DNA of 63,990 bases, counting the filler, from Chiloscyllium plagiosum (taxonomy: Eukaryota): assembly GCF_004010195.1 (NCBI RefSeq). It is 4 parts of one record of this genome, joined end to end, with 100 filler letters (N's around TTAATTAATTAA, not from the genome) between each part and the next. Parts side by side here need not be neighbours in the genome. Positions count along the whole stretch, not along the records: positions 1 to 31,857 come from NC_057710.1; 3 more parts are not named here. The stretch is one strand, 5' to 3'. Positions 13,111-25,860 of the stretch are shown piece by piece. Below the pieces are notes generated by a model. That model was given only the letters and a program-made list of their open reading frames with translations, ran no database searches and had not been told where the DNA came from. Position 1 is the first letter of the stretch; each line of letters opens with the position of its first letter. Both the position numbers and the translations under genes were made by a program.

Positions 13111-13513
13111 GGGACAAAAGCAGAAATTCCTGGAAAAACTCAGCAGGTCTGGTAGCATCTGTGGAGAGAAAACCGAATTAACATTTAGGGTCCAGTTTCC
13201 TTTCTTCGGAACTGATTGTAGATGAGAAATGGTTTGGTTTTTCCAGTAATTTCTGTTTTTGTTTCAGTTCTTATGGTCTTATGATCTTATTATTTCCAGC
13301 ATCCACAGTTCTTTGGTTTTCTTTTGTTTGTCAAGATCTTCAGCAGTCTTGACAGGCCCAAATTCATATACTTGATTCAAGCAGGATAAAATTACAGAGG
13401 GATGCTGTGGTAATTGGTTAATTTTAACAATGGATGCAAAATTAACAGAGACAGTGTCAGTGCATTTTAATTACTTGAAAATTGATGTTCATGCATTCAG
13501 CTACTCTAGCAAT

Positions 13514-13760
13514 CTAAGAGGCAGCTTTTTCATACAGAGGGTGGTGAGTGTATAGAGTGAGCTGCCAGAGGAAGTGGTGGGGACTGGTATAATTACAACA
13601 TTTAAAAGGTATCACGAATGGGTATATGAATAGGAAGGGTTTAGAAGGATATGGGCCAAGTGATGGCAAATGGGACTAGATTAGTTTCGGATATGTGGTC
13701 GGATGGACGATTTGGACTGAAGGGTCTCTTTCCTTGCTGTACATCTCTATGATTCTATGT
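13514..13760 (+). mobile_element. CR1 3' end
   Basis: QRVV..ELPEEVV motif, 3' UTR and CTCTATGATTCTAT tail, homologous to 1500-1740. Confidence 0.85.
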
Positions 13761-15401
13761 CAAGCCTGAACTGTTCCACCTTTCTAACTCATTTTCCTCT
13801 TTTAAAAAACATCATCTATTTAACTAAGTATTTGGTCATCTTTTATTTTTGTTCGATATTCCTTCACAGATGGAGATTTGTATTAATTGGGTGTAGACCT
13901 GCTGGTGGCTAGTCAGGCTTATCTGTGAACAGAGTTTGACACAGTGAGTGTAAGTGAAGTTGTAGATGTTGCTGGAAACAATTGGCTTCATACTAATCCT
14001 TTTCTGTTTCATGCTAATTTTCTGCTCAGTCTGAAATGTGTGTGTGGCACTCCATGTAGCATCTTAAGGCATCACCATCTATGGCCTGCGCTTCCCAACA
14101 GTGATGGTCAGTGTTACACACAGAGAATTATATCTTTAGAGAGAACTCAAAGCTCCTTATATAGCTTGATGTATTGGTTTTGAAATCCCCCAGCCTAGGG
14201 TAAAGACCTTTGCTATTCACCTTTTCTATGCCCCCTCATGATTTTATAAACCTTGATAAGGTTACCCTTCATCCTCCCAGGCTCCAGTGAGAAAAGGTCC
14301 CAGCTTATCCAGCCTATCCTTATAGATCAAGCCCTCCAATCCTACTAACATCCTTCCATGATAATATTGAATGGTAGAGCAGGCTTGAAGGGACAAATAG
14401 CTTTCTCTTATTTTCTATGGTTCAATATCTGACATATGGAGGACAAAACTCTATGCAGTAACATTTGAAGTGATCTTGCCAATTTTCTGTACAGTGTGGC
14501 AACAATCCCCCTCTTTTAGACACATCCTTCTTTCAATGAAGCTGAACATTCCATTTTTCTTCCTAATGGTTGCCATAATTGCTGTGTAACTCTTTATGAT
14601 TCATGTATAAGGATGCCCAGATCTCGCTGAGACAAAACACTGTGCAGTCCACCTGCTCAGCAGCACCTTGGTTTCAGTGGGGCAATGGTGGAACACTATA
14701 TCTGGCATGTTAACTTGATAGGCCTGGGCTGAGGGATAAACTGGGAAGATGGAGATTTAAATGGACAAGTTGGGTGGGAATTTGGGAAACCTCAGAGTTG
14801 ATGGGGTGAAGAGGGAGGGAATGTATACATTTAGGTGCTAAAAAGCAAAAAACCTGAGTCTGAGACTCATTGCGTGAGGAGCAACTGCTGTTTCCCTCCA
14901 TCATGCTGTAAATAACAAGCGCACAATAGACCTGAAAATGGCTTGGATTGGCAGGGTAAGTGTTTTCTTCTGTAAAGGAGAGCGCATCACTTTATAATAA
15001 TGTGAGGCCCTTCAAAGCTGAACGTTATTAAAGACAACCGTATAAAATAAAGACACCTCGGTGCACTACGTGCTGTATGCAAACCTTACTCACCTACCCA
15101 AGCACTCTTCACCACAAGAATCAATGTCAGTAATGGTGGTGATGCACAAGTTACGTATTGACCCCCACAGGAGGAACTCCAGCAAATATGAGGTTTTCCT
15201 TTTCATAGAAGGTGAGGAGCTACATGTTGGGTACTACACCACACTTCTTGGCTCTCTCTGTCCTTCCATGAGTCATTTCGTCCTGGAATAAGCAAAGGGA
15301 AGGGTTGAGATGAACGTTGGTGGCACATCTGTTAGTACTAGTACAGGTGGGGGGAAAGTGATGAGGTGTCCTGAGTGAATGAGTAGACAGCACAGGGAAC
15401 A

Positions 15402-15424
15402 TGTGTGTGTGTGTGTGTGTGTGT
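15402..15424. repeat. (TG)n microsatellite
   Basis: About 11 TG units. Confidence 0.95.
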
Positions 15425-15544
15425 AAGTGAAAGATGTGGGGGGCAGGATTGGAGAAGGTAAGAGCAAGTGATGAAGATTTGTATGTAAGGAGGGTAGTAG
15501 AAAGGCAAAACTAATGGAAGAAAGCACAGTTAGGTATAATTTAT

Positions 15545-15790
15545 AGATCAGGGTTTAGATTAGAGTGGTTGGATGGGGAATTTTAAGACTGGGGGTATAT
15601 TTTTAAGGCGATTTTAAAAAAACATGCAGCAAATGTTTTACACAGAGGGTGGTTCACATGTGGAATCAACGTCCTGAGGAAGTGGTGGGTATAGGTACAG
15701 TTACAATGTTTATAAGACATTTGATAGATACATGAATGGGAAAGGTTTGGAGGAATATGGGTCAGGAGAAAACAGGTGGGATAAGATTAG
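15545..15790 (+). mobile_element. CR1 3' fragment (inverted partner of 16198-16438)
   Basis: TTTTACACAGAGGGTGGTTCACATGTGGAAT motif; reverse-complement match to the downstream copy. Confidence 0.8.
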
Positions 15791-15799
15791 ATTAGAGCT

Positions 15800-15933
15800 C
15801 CATTCCTGATGAAGGGCTTTTGCCCGAAACGTCAATTTTCCTGCTCCTTGGATACTGCCTGACCTGTTGTGCTTTTCCAGCACCACTCTAATCTAGACTC
15901 TGGTTTCCAGCATCTGCAGTCCTCACTTCTGCC
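15800..15933 (+). mobile_element. Short PLE-derived insert, family A, intact hammerhead-like core at 15806-15833
   Basis: CTGATGA-A-GGGC-TTTT-GCCC-GAAA-CGTC, then CTGCCTGACCTG..CCAGCATCTGCAGTCCTCACTT tail. Confidence 0.75.
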
Positions 15934-16124
15934 TATAATTTATAGAGCCCCTAATAGCAGCTAGTTTGTCTGACAGAGAATAAATGGGGGCATGTAAACA
16001 AGGCAATGCACTAATCATGGGTAATTTTAATCTTCATGAATATTGGGAAAATCTAATTGGCAAAGGTAGCCAGGAGGAAGAACTCATTGGGTACACTTAG
16101 AACTGTTTCCGGGAACAATATAGT

Positions 16125-17430
16125 CATAGAGTCATACAGCATGGAAACAGACCCTTGGTCCAACTAGTCAATGGTGAACTTAATCCCAAACTAAACTAAT
16201 CCCACCTGTCTTCTCCTGACCCATATTCCTCCAAACTTTTCCTATTCATGTACCTATCAAATGTCTTTTAAACATTGTAATTATACCTATCTCCATCACT
16301 TCCTCAGAAAGTTAATTCCACATGTGAACCACCCTCTGTGTAAAACATTTGCCGCATGTTTTTTAAAATCTCCTTAAAAATGTACCCCCTAGTCTTAAAA
16401 TTCCCCATCCTACCATTAACTCTATCTATACCTCTGATTATTTTATAAACTCCTACCAGGTCTCCTCTCAAAACGCTAGTGCGGCCACACTTAGAATATT
16501 GTGTACATATTTCAGGAAGGATGTGGAAGCATTGGAAAAGGTGCAGAGGAGATTTGCAAAGATGTTGCCTGGTTTGGAGGGAAGGTCTTATGAGGAAAGG
16601 CTGAGAAACTTGGGTCTGTTTTCATTGCAAAGAAGAAGGCTAAGAGGGGATTTGATAGAGACATACAAGATGATCAGAGGATTAGAGAGGATAGACAGTG
16701 AAAGTCTTTTTCCTAGGATGAAGATGTCAGCTTGTACGAGGGGGCATAACTACAAATTGAGAGGTGATAGATTTAAGACTGATGTCAGAGGCAGCTTCTT
16801 TACTCAGAGAGTGGTAAGGGCGTGGAATGCCCTGCCTGCCAATGTAGTTAACTCAGCCACATTAGGGAGATTTAAACAATCCTTGGATAAGCACATGGAT
16901 GATGATGGGGTAGTGTAGGGGGACGAGCTGAGAATAGTTCACAGGTCAGTGCAACATCGAGGGCTGAAGGGCCAGTTCTGCACTGTATTGTTCCATGTTC
17001 TATGTTGTTCTATGTTCAACCTCCCATACTCCAGTGTAAGAAGTCCCAGTCTATCCAATCTTTCTTTATAACTCAAGCCTTCCTTATGAGACAGCATCCT
17101 AGTAAATCTCCTCTGAACCCTCTCCAGCTTAATAATATCCTTCCTATAACTGTGCGACGAGAACTGGACACAGTATTCCAGAAGAGACCTCACCAATGTC
17201 CTGTACAACCTCAACATGACTTCCCAACTCCTATACTCAAAGGACTGAGCAATGAAGATAAGCATGCCAAGCACTTTTTTAACCACCCTGTCTATATGTG
17301 ATGCAAACTTCAAAGAATTATGTGCCTGCACCCCTAAGTCCCTCTGTTCTAAACACTACCCAAGGCCCTCCCATTAATTGTTTAAGTCCTACCTTTGAAC
17401 CAAAATGCAATACCTCAGATTTATCACTAG
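16125..17430 (-). mobile_element. CR1 3' fragment, interrupted at 16470-17015
   Basis: ORF 16939-17331 (EYRSWEVMLRLYRTLVRSLLEYCVQF..LERVQRRFTRM) and 3' UTR at 16125-16440. Confidence 0.88.
16470..17015 (+). mobile_element. Younger CR1 3' end nested in the - strand CR1
   Basis: Uninterrupted 139-aa ORF 16499-16918 (LEKVQRRFAKMLPG...FFTQRVVRAWNALP) and (TTCTATG)n tail. Confidence 0.9.
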
Positions 17431-18545
17431 AGATCAGACTATTTTGGATCTGGTAATGTGTAATGAACTATGTTTAATAAATCACGTCAAAGTAAGAGAT
17501 CCCCTAATGACCATAGCATGGTAGATTTTAGCATTCAGTTTAAGAATGAGAAACCTGGGTCAGAAGTAAGATGTTATACTTTAATAATGGTAGCTACATA
17601 GGGCTGAGTTGGTTAGAGAATAGATGGGTGAGGAACAATAGCAGATGGTTAAGAAAATTGTTCATGACTCACAGCAAAGATGCTTCGCAGTGAGTTAAAG
17701 GATTGTAGGAAGGGGATAAACTAACCATGGTTAACTGAGGAATTAAAGATAATAGCTAAAATTTTTAATTTATAAGAGAATAAAGGGTTTTGGGGAAAAG
17801 GCAGGAACATGCAGTTGAAAATGATCATTCAGCTATGGTCTCAAAATGGTGGCGAAGACTTAATGGACTGAATGGCTTACTTCTGCTTATGTGCCTTGAA
17901 AAAACACACAGTATGGTAAAGTTTAGTGGGAAAGATTTAAAAGCCAGCAAAAGATGACCAAACAATAAAGATGGAGAAAATAAACTACAAGACAAACTAG
18001 GAAGTAGTAGAAAAATGGACTGCTAAACTTCTTTAAATATATAAAAAAGAAAAGAGAAGATAAAATGAACATAGGCCCCTTAGACAATGAGGCTGTGCAA
18101 ATAATAATGCGGAATGAGGAAATTGCAGAGGAGTTGAATAAATACTTTGCATTAGTCTTCAAGGTAGAGGGCATGAATAGAATTTCAAAATTACTAAATG
18201 ATCTATGGTAGAAGAAGGTGGGGAGGAGAATAAAGAAAGTAGCTATTACTAGAGAAGGAGTACGAGGAAATGTGTTGGGGATGGAAACTGATAAGTGCCT
18301 TGTACTTGATGGAATACATCCTAGGATTTTAAAAGAAGTAGCTACAAAGATACTTGATTCACTGGAAGAAACAGGAAATGTCTTAGATGGTTGTAATAAA
18401 ACATTCCTATTCAAAAAGTGAGATGAACAAAGCAGTTAATGATAGAACAGTTGACTTGTTATTGAGAAAATGTTACCGTCTATTATTAGCAAAGCATTTA
18501 GAAATACATAGTACAATCAAGCAGAGTTAAAATGGCTTCATAAGA
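17430..18545 (+). mobile_element. Decayed CR1 ORF2 (endonuclease-to-RT linker); continues from ~15940-16120
   Basis: EEIAEELNKYFALVF, DGIHPRILKEVA motifs; MGNFNL motif at ~16018. Confidence 0.8.
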
Positions 18546-18549
18546 AGAG

Positions 18550-20000
18550 AAGATGTAGAAGCAGAAGTCAACTATTCAGCCCATTGAGTCTACTTCACCA
18601 TTCAATTAGAACATGACTGACTTGATAATCCTCAACTCTCGATTCTCGCCTCTTCTCCATAGTCCTTGATGTCCTTACTGATCTAAAATCTGTTTATTTC
18701 ATATTTATGTATACTGAAGGTTCAACCACTGGTTCCTTGGTTTTCTTATACTTTTTTCTTGCAATAGAGAGTTTAAGTTCCAACCTTCCTTTTGCCCCTT
18801 GATTTTCTACAATTATTGGATATTTTTAATACCTTTCACCATGAAGATAAATAAAACTTGTTTAAAGTCTCTGCCATTCCTTGTTTTATGGGGGGTATTA
18901 AATAATTAGTTTATCTTACAATCTAAGAAATCAGTGCACCCTTTGGTTGCTATTTTCTTTTTTACATACTTCTCACAGCTTTTTCTGTGCATTGTTCATA
19001 TTTATTTCTAGTTTACCCTGTCATTCTAATTTCTTAATTTTCTTTTTGTTATTCTTTGCTGGTTGATAAAAGTTTCCCAAACCTATGACTTACCAGAAAC
19101 CTTCATGGCATTGTGTGCCCTGACTTTCAATATCATCTTTAATTTACTTGGTTCGCTATGGATAGTTCATTCTTCTTGTAGAGGTGTTTTTTTCTTGATG
19201 GCATAGATCTGTGTTGAGAACCATGAAATATCTTCTTAAATGATTGACACCGTTTTTGTAATTGTCTCACCTTTTAACTTATTTTCCCAGTTCACTTTAG
19301 CCAACAAATGTTCTCATAAACTTAAATACAATGTAACAGACTAATTTCAGAAACTAATTTCTCATCTTCAAACTGATTTTCAAATTCTAGCATGTTATAA
19401 TCAGTCATCTCTAGAGGATTCACTACCTTGAGATTATTACTTCATCCTTTCCCGTTACATATAGCTCAGTTTAAAATGTTTTATTTCCCTGATTGTTCGA
19501 AGAAATGGTCCTGAATATGCTCCATAAGCATGTCCTCAAGACTACCTTTACCAATTTACTTTGGCTAATCTTGTATGAAAATTTAAATTGCACATGATAA
19601 TGCAGGCTTTTCTTATAAGCCTGCATTATCTATTGATGTGTACTTTGTCTTACAGTATAGCTACAGTGGGGCTTTGAGGCCCCATAAATTAATTTCACGG
19701 GTGACTTTGTTCACTTGGCATTTCTTATCTGCACTCACACTGATTCCATATCTTGATTGTCTAAGCTAAGATAACTTTTTCACTACTGTATTGATCTCAT
19801 CCTTTATTAACAAAGCTACGCTACTACCTTTTCCATTCTTCCTGACTTTTCAAAATATCTGATAACTTTGGATTTTCAGTTCCCAGGCTTGGTCATCTTG
19901 CAAACACATCTCTATAATAGCTACATATTGCGTCTATTTATTCGTATTTATTCGTGCTATCAATCTATCTATATTGTTGTGAATATTTTGTGTAAAATAT
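18550..20000 (-). mobile_element. Old, highly decayed CR1 fragments
   Basis: CR1-type 3' UTR at 18550-18700 and weak ORF2 similarity beyond it. Confidence 0.5.
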
Positions 20001-20244
20001 AACTTTGAACTCTATTTCTACCATTTTCTCCCTATTTTCTTGTCTATTCTTTTGCTTGCCTGCTCGGTTGCTTTGGTTATCATTACCCATGTTGCTACTC
20101 TGTACTGTTAACTTGTCTTTTCTCATTAACTCCTTAAGTTATCTAATTATCTCTGGCAGCAGTGATAGTGGATGCATTGGTTATAATATTTCAACATTCC
20201 CTGATTGTGGGGAAGGATGCCGTGGACTGGAACAAAAGCTAATA

Positions 20245-22830
20245 AAACATAGAATATAGAACAGTATAGCACAGTTCAGGCTCTTCGGCCCTCAATGTTG
20301 TCCAGCCTTTTATCCTACTCTAAGATCAGACTAATCTATATACCTTTCATTGTACTAACTTCTATGTGCTTACCCAGGAGTCACTTAAATGTCCCTAATG
20401 TGTCTGACTGTACTATGACTGCTGGCAGTGCATTCCACACACCCACCACTCTCTGAGTAAAGAACCTACCTCTGACATCTCCCCTAAACCTTCCTCCAAT
20501 CACCTTAAAATTGTACCCCCTTGTGATAGACATTTCAGCCCTGGGAAAAGTCAGTGGCTATCCACTCTATCTTGGCCTCTCAACATCTTGTACACCTCTA
20601 TCAGGTCACCACTCATCACTCCAATAAGTAAAGCCCTAGTTCCCTCAAACTTTCTTCACAAGACATGCCCTCCAGTCAGGCAGTATCCTTGTAAATTTCC
20701 TCTGCACCCTCCCTAGAGCTCCCACATCTTTCCTAGAATGAGGCAACCAGAACTGAACACAATATTCCAAGTGTGGTCTAACCAAGGCTCTGTAGAGCTG
20801 CAGTATAACCTCGCGGCTCTAAAATACAATCCCCCCTGCTAATGAAAGCCAACATATCATATGCCTTCTTAACAACCCTATTAACCTGGGTGGCGACTTT
20901 GAGGGATCGATGGACATGGACCCCAAGATCCCTCTATTCCTCCACACTTGCAAGAATTCTGCCTTTAACCCTGTATGCTCTATTCAAATTTGACCTTCCA
21001 AAGTGAATCACTTCACACTTTTCCAGGTTGAGATCCATGTGCCACTTATCAGCCCTTTTCCACATCCTGTCAATGTCTTGTTGCAACCCAAAACCACTCT
21101 CCACACTATCCATCACTCCATCAACCTTCGTGTCATCAGCAAAGTTATTAACTCACTCTTCCACTTCCTCATAGAACATAGAAGAATACAGCGCAGTACA
21201 GGCCCTTCGGCCCTCGATGTTGCGCCGATCCAAGCCCACCTAACCTACACTAGCCCACTATCCTCCATATGCCTATCCAATGCCCGCTTAAATGCCCATA
21301 ATGAGGGAGAGTCCACCACTGCTACTGGCAGGGCATTCCATGAACTCACGACTCACTGAGTAAAGAACCTACCCCTAACATCTCTNNNNNNNNNNNNNNN
21401 NNNNNNNNNNNNNNNNNNNNNNNNNNNNNNNNNNNNNNNNNNNNNNNNNNNNNNNNNNNNNNNNNNNNNNNNNNNNNNNNNNNNNNNNNNNNNNNNNNNN
21501 NNNNNNNNNNNNNNNNNNNNNNNNNNNNNNNNNNNNNNNNNNNNNNNNNNNNNNNNNNNNNNNNNNNNNNNNNNNNNNNNNNNNNNNNNNNNNNNNNNNN
21601 NNNNNNNNNNNNNNNNNNNNNNNNNNNNNNNNNNNNNNNNNNNNNNNNNNNNNNNNNNNNNNNNNNNNNNNNNNNNNNNNNNNNNNNNNNNNNNNNNNNN
21701 NNNNNNNNNNNNNNNNNNNNNNNNNNNNNNNNNNNNNNNNNNNNNNNNNNNNNNNNNNNNNNNNNNNNNNNNNNNNNNNNNNNNNNNNNNNNNNNNNNNN
21801 NNNNNNNNNNNNNNNNNNNNNNNNNNNNNNNNNNNNNNNNNNNNNNNNNNNNNNNNNNNNNNNNNNNNNNNNNNNNNNNNNNNNNNNNNNNNNNNNNNNN
21901 NNNNNNNNNNNNNNNNNNNNNNNNNNNNNNNNNNNNNNNNNNNNNNNNNNNNNNNNNNNNNNNNNNNNNNNNNNNNNNNNNNNNNNNNNNNNNNNNNNNN
22001 NNNNNNNNNNNNNNNNNNNNNNNNNNNNNNNNNNNNNNNNNNNNNNNNNNNNNNNNNNNNNNNNNNNNNNNNNNNNNNNNNNNNNNNNNNNNNNNNNNNN
22101 NNNNNNNNNNNNNNNNNNNNNNNNNNNNNNNNNNNNNNNNNNNNNNNNNNNNNNNNNNNNNNNNNNNNNNNNNNNNNTTGAACAAGGGGACCACATTTGC
22201 TATCCTCCAGTCTTCTGGCACTATTCCTGTAGACACTGAGGACATAAAAATCAAGGCCAATGGTTCTGCAATCTCCTCCCTTGCTTCCCGGAGAATCCTA
22301 GGATAAATGCCATCAGGCCCAGGGGGCTTATCTATTTTCACCCTTTCCAGAATTTCCAACACCTCTTCTCTACATACCTCAAAGCCATCCATTCTACTTA
22401 ATTGTGACTCAGTATTCACATTGACAACAATGTCCTGTTCCTGACTGAATACTGACGAAAAGTATTCATTCAGTGTCTCCCCAATTTCTTCAGCCTCCAC
22501 ACGCAACTTCCCACTACCATCCTTGACTGGACCTATTCCTACCCTAGTCATCCAAGTCATTTATAAAAATCACAAAGTGCAAAGGTTTCAGAACCAATCT
22601 CTGTGGGATGCCACTAGTCACTGAACTCCAGGCTGAATACTTTTCGTCTATCACCACCTTCTGTCTTCTCTGGGCCAGCCAATTCTGTATCCAGACAGCC
22701 AAATTTCCTTGTATCCCATGCCTCCTTACTTTCTGAATGAGCCTACCATGGTGAACCTTATCAAACACCTTAGTAAATTCCGTGTACACCACATCCACTG
22801 CCCTACCTTCGTTAACATGTTTTGTCACAT
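20245..22830 (-). mobile_element. CR1 LINE with a younger CR1 nested at ~21170-22547; contains an assembly gap
   Basis: ORFs 22544-22828 (EGRAVDVVY..F.K.FDKV.HGRL), 21346-22560 (PGPDGIYPRILREAREEIAEPL) and 20934-21116; outer element sequence rejoins across CCTC|ATCCAAGTC. Confidence 0.88.
21386..22177. other. Assembly gap (792 N)
   Basis: Run of N. Confidence 1.
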
Positions 22831-22854
22831 CTAATATCCACAGCTAATCTAATG

Positions 22855-24190
22855 CCCTCATTCAAAAAGGGACAGAGACGCAAAGTAGGAAACTAAAGAC
22901 CAATTAGTTTAACATGTGTCATAGGGAAATTGTTAGAATCCATTATGAAGCAAGTAACATCAGGACATTTGGAAAGTGAAAACACAATCTATTAGGATCA
23001 GAATCAGAAATTGCTGGAAAACTCAACAGGTCTGGCAGCACCTGTGGAGAGAAAGCAGAGTTTCAGGTCTAGTGACCCTTCTTCTGAAATGTTAACTCTT
23101 TCGCTCCGCAGACTAAGTGTTTTTTAAAGATGTAACATGCAAGGTGGATAATGGGGATCCTATATGTAGTGTATCTGGACTTCCAGAAGGCGTTTTATAA
23201 GATGCCACACAAAAGATTAATACACAAGATAAGTTCATGTGGGGCGAGGGGTAGTTTGTTAGCCTAGGTAGAGGATTGGTTAACCAACAATAAGCAGAAA
23301 ATCAGGATAATTTTTTTTTGGTTGGCACGATGCAATTAGTGGGGTACTACACAGTCCAGTGTTTGGGTCCAACTATTTACAATCAATATTAATGACTTGG
23401 ATGCAGGGATTAGAAAGTACAACAGCCAAATTTGTAGTTGACACTAAAATAGGTGGGAAAGTAAGTTACAATGAAGAAATAAGAAATTTACAAATGAATA
23501 TAGATTGTTAGATGCACGAGCCAATAAATGGATCTGCAGTTCCTCGTGCATGGAAGACTAGTATGCAGATACAGCAAGTAATAAGGAAGGTAAATGGAAT
23601 TTTGCCATTTGTTTATTAGAATATAGAAGTAGGGATGTGTTGTTGCAGTTGTTCAAGGCATTAGTGAGAATGCACATGGCGCATTGCGTACAATTTTAGT
23701 CTCTTACTTGAGGAGTGATGTAATTACATTGGAGGCAATTCAGGGGGGGGGTCCATTAGATTGTTTCCAGAGATGAGTTTGTCTTACGAAGAAAGACTGA
23801 GCAGTTTAGGCCAACACTCTCTAGAATTGAGATATATAAGATGCTAAAGGAGTTTATAAAAGTAGATGCAGGCAGGATGTTTCCTCATGTCGGGCAATCT
23901 AGAATGAGAAGTCATAGTTTTTAGATTTTAGATAAGAGGTAGCAGATTTAAAACAGAAATTTCTTCTCTCTAAGCGACATGAATTTACAGATTATTACCG
24001 TAGAGTGTGATGGATGCAGGGACACTGAATTCATTAAAGGAGAAGTTTTTTTATTCAGTAATTGGTTGAAGGGTTATTGAAATTGGGCAGGAAACTGGAG
24101 TTGAGGCTGAGATAAGATCAGCCATGATTGTATTAAACAAGAGAGCAGGAGGTGCTGAATTACTTATTCCTGCTCCTAATTCTTATCTTC
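22855..24190 (+). mobile_element. Decayed CR1 RT and 3' UTR, with a short PLE-derived insert at ~23000-23110
   Basis: YLDFQKAF, INDLD and AKF motifs; CCTGCTCCTAATTCTTAT tail. Confidence 0.82.
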
Positions 24191-25631
24191 TTAAATCTGC
24201 TTCCATCTGGATGCTCCTCTCACTATTTATTTTAATGCCCCCTCTATAGCATAATTATTTGACACACAGGGAAATGGATTCCAGTGGAGCTCGTAAGAAG
24301 TCAGATCCAAATGAATAACTCCTTTTTTTCCCAATAATGGTGTCACTGCTCCATGAATCAAAACCCATTTCTCCTACACCAGCTGTTCATCCAACTGTTT
24401 CATTCTAGTTTAGGCAATAATCCACAGACTATTATTCTTTGTGATTTCACGTTTTAAAATAAATATAGTCCCAGATGTTTACATTCTGCCAGTAAAACCT
24501 CTTTCTTCATCATGTTTTGACCAAGTAGGAGATGCTACCCAGGCCATAGCGAAGGAAGACATAATTAATACACAGCAGGAGTTAAATTTCATAAGGATGA
24601 AGGATTGGATCAGCTTAAAGTTGATACAGACATCAGAGGTGGATGAAGGGCATTTACAGATACTGGAGAAGTAAGATTGGGAATTTCAGAGGCACTGGCC
24701 TTAAATTTTCAATCTTCCTTAGATATGAGTGGTGCCAAAAGATTGGAGAACTGGAAATTTATGCAGTTGTTGAAAAAGTCTGGAAAGACAACAGTTACAC
24801 ATCTCACGTAAGTGTCCTCCTTGTTCCAAGAGTGTGCTTCACAAATAGGGATCAGATACCTAACAACTGGGGAAAATATTTGAACTGGCAGTGATTTACC
24901 ATAAACTGAGCAATAAAGAGGAAGAGTGGGGGACTACTGTTCAATTAAGGACAGCAAGCAGTCTCTTGAAGCTGGAGGTTTGACAAAAAAAGTTCAAAAT
25001 TGTCAAAATCCAGTAAAATAAAAGAAACTATACTGCGAGAGTTCTATTTTCAAGTGAAGAAGACCATTTTGGATATGTTTACTGTTTTGTCCTCCTGAAG
25101 AATCAGTGTGCTACCTTTTAAGGAAGTGAGAGAGAGGGTGCCTCCATTTTGTGGTGACCCCCCCTCCAGCATTTTAAACTCTCCAGCGTTTGAAATGCCC
25201 TTTGCTGCTCGGCCACCAGGTAGAGGGGGATCTCCACCACATGGCTGCCTACGGCTTCAGCTGAAGGCAGCAAAGCAAGAAGGAACCACACTGGCTCTGT
25301 GCTCCTCCAGGAGGCTGCTTCCAGACAACCGGTCTCGGTTCATAGATCTTGGTGAACCCAAGACAAACTGGAAAATTCCAGTTTGCCTCTGAGAATAGGC
25401 AGTCATTGGCCCTTCAAGAGCCTTCTTTGGCTTGTGGGTGTTCCTTCTCTGGAAAAATAATCTAGAACCTGAGATGGCACCAGCAAACTGGCAATCAGCT
25501 GGTGGTATAAAAGTCCATGCATACTAACTTTTGTGGCCCTAAGCATCCAAATTCCATTGTCTAGAAATGTTGTTCAATGGTAAAACTGAAAAAAAAAATC
25601 AATTTTCCATTTTTATTTTGTTGACCTGAAT

Positions 25632-25860
25632 AGGGTCATAGAGGTTTACAGCACAGAAACAGGCCCTTCAGCCCAACTTGTACATGCTGCCCAGTTTGCA
25701 CAATTAAACTAGTGCCATTTGCCTGTGTTTGGTCCATATCCCTCTGCACCTAACGCATCCATGTATCTGTCTAAATGTTTCTTAAATGACAAAATTGTAC
25801 TCACCGCCACCACTACCGCTGGCAGCCCATTCCAGACATTCACCACCCTCTGTGTGAAAC
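25632..25860 (-). mobile_element. CR1 3' end
   Basis: Homologous to the 1500-1725 3' UTR (ACAGCACAGAAACAGGCCCTTC, CACCCTCTGTGTGAAA). Confidence 0.8.

Noticed and set aside
21346..22560. 404-aa and 273-aa ORFs
   Set aside because: Length is inflated by the N gap; flanks are CR1.
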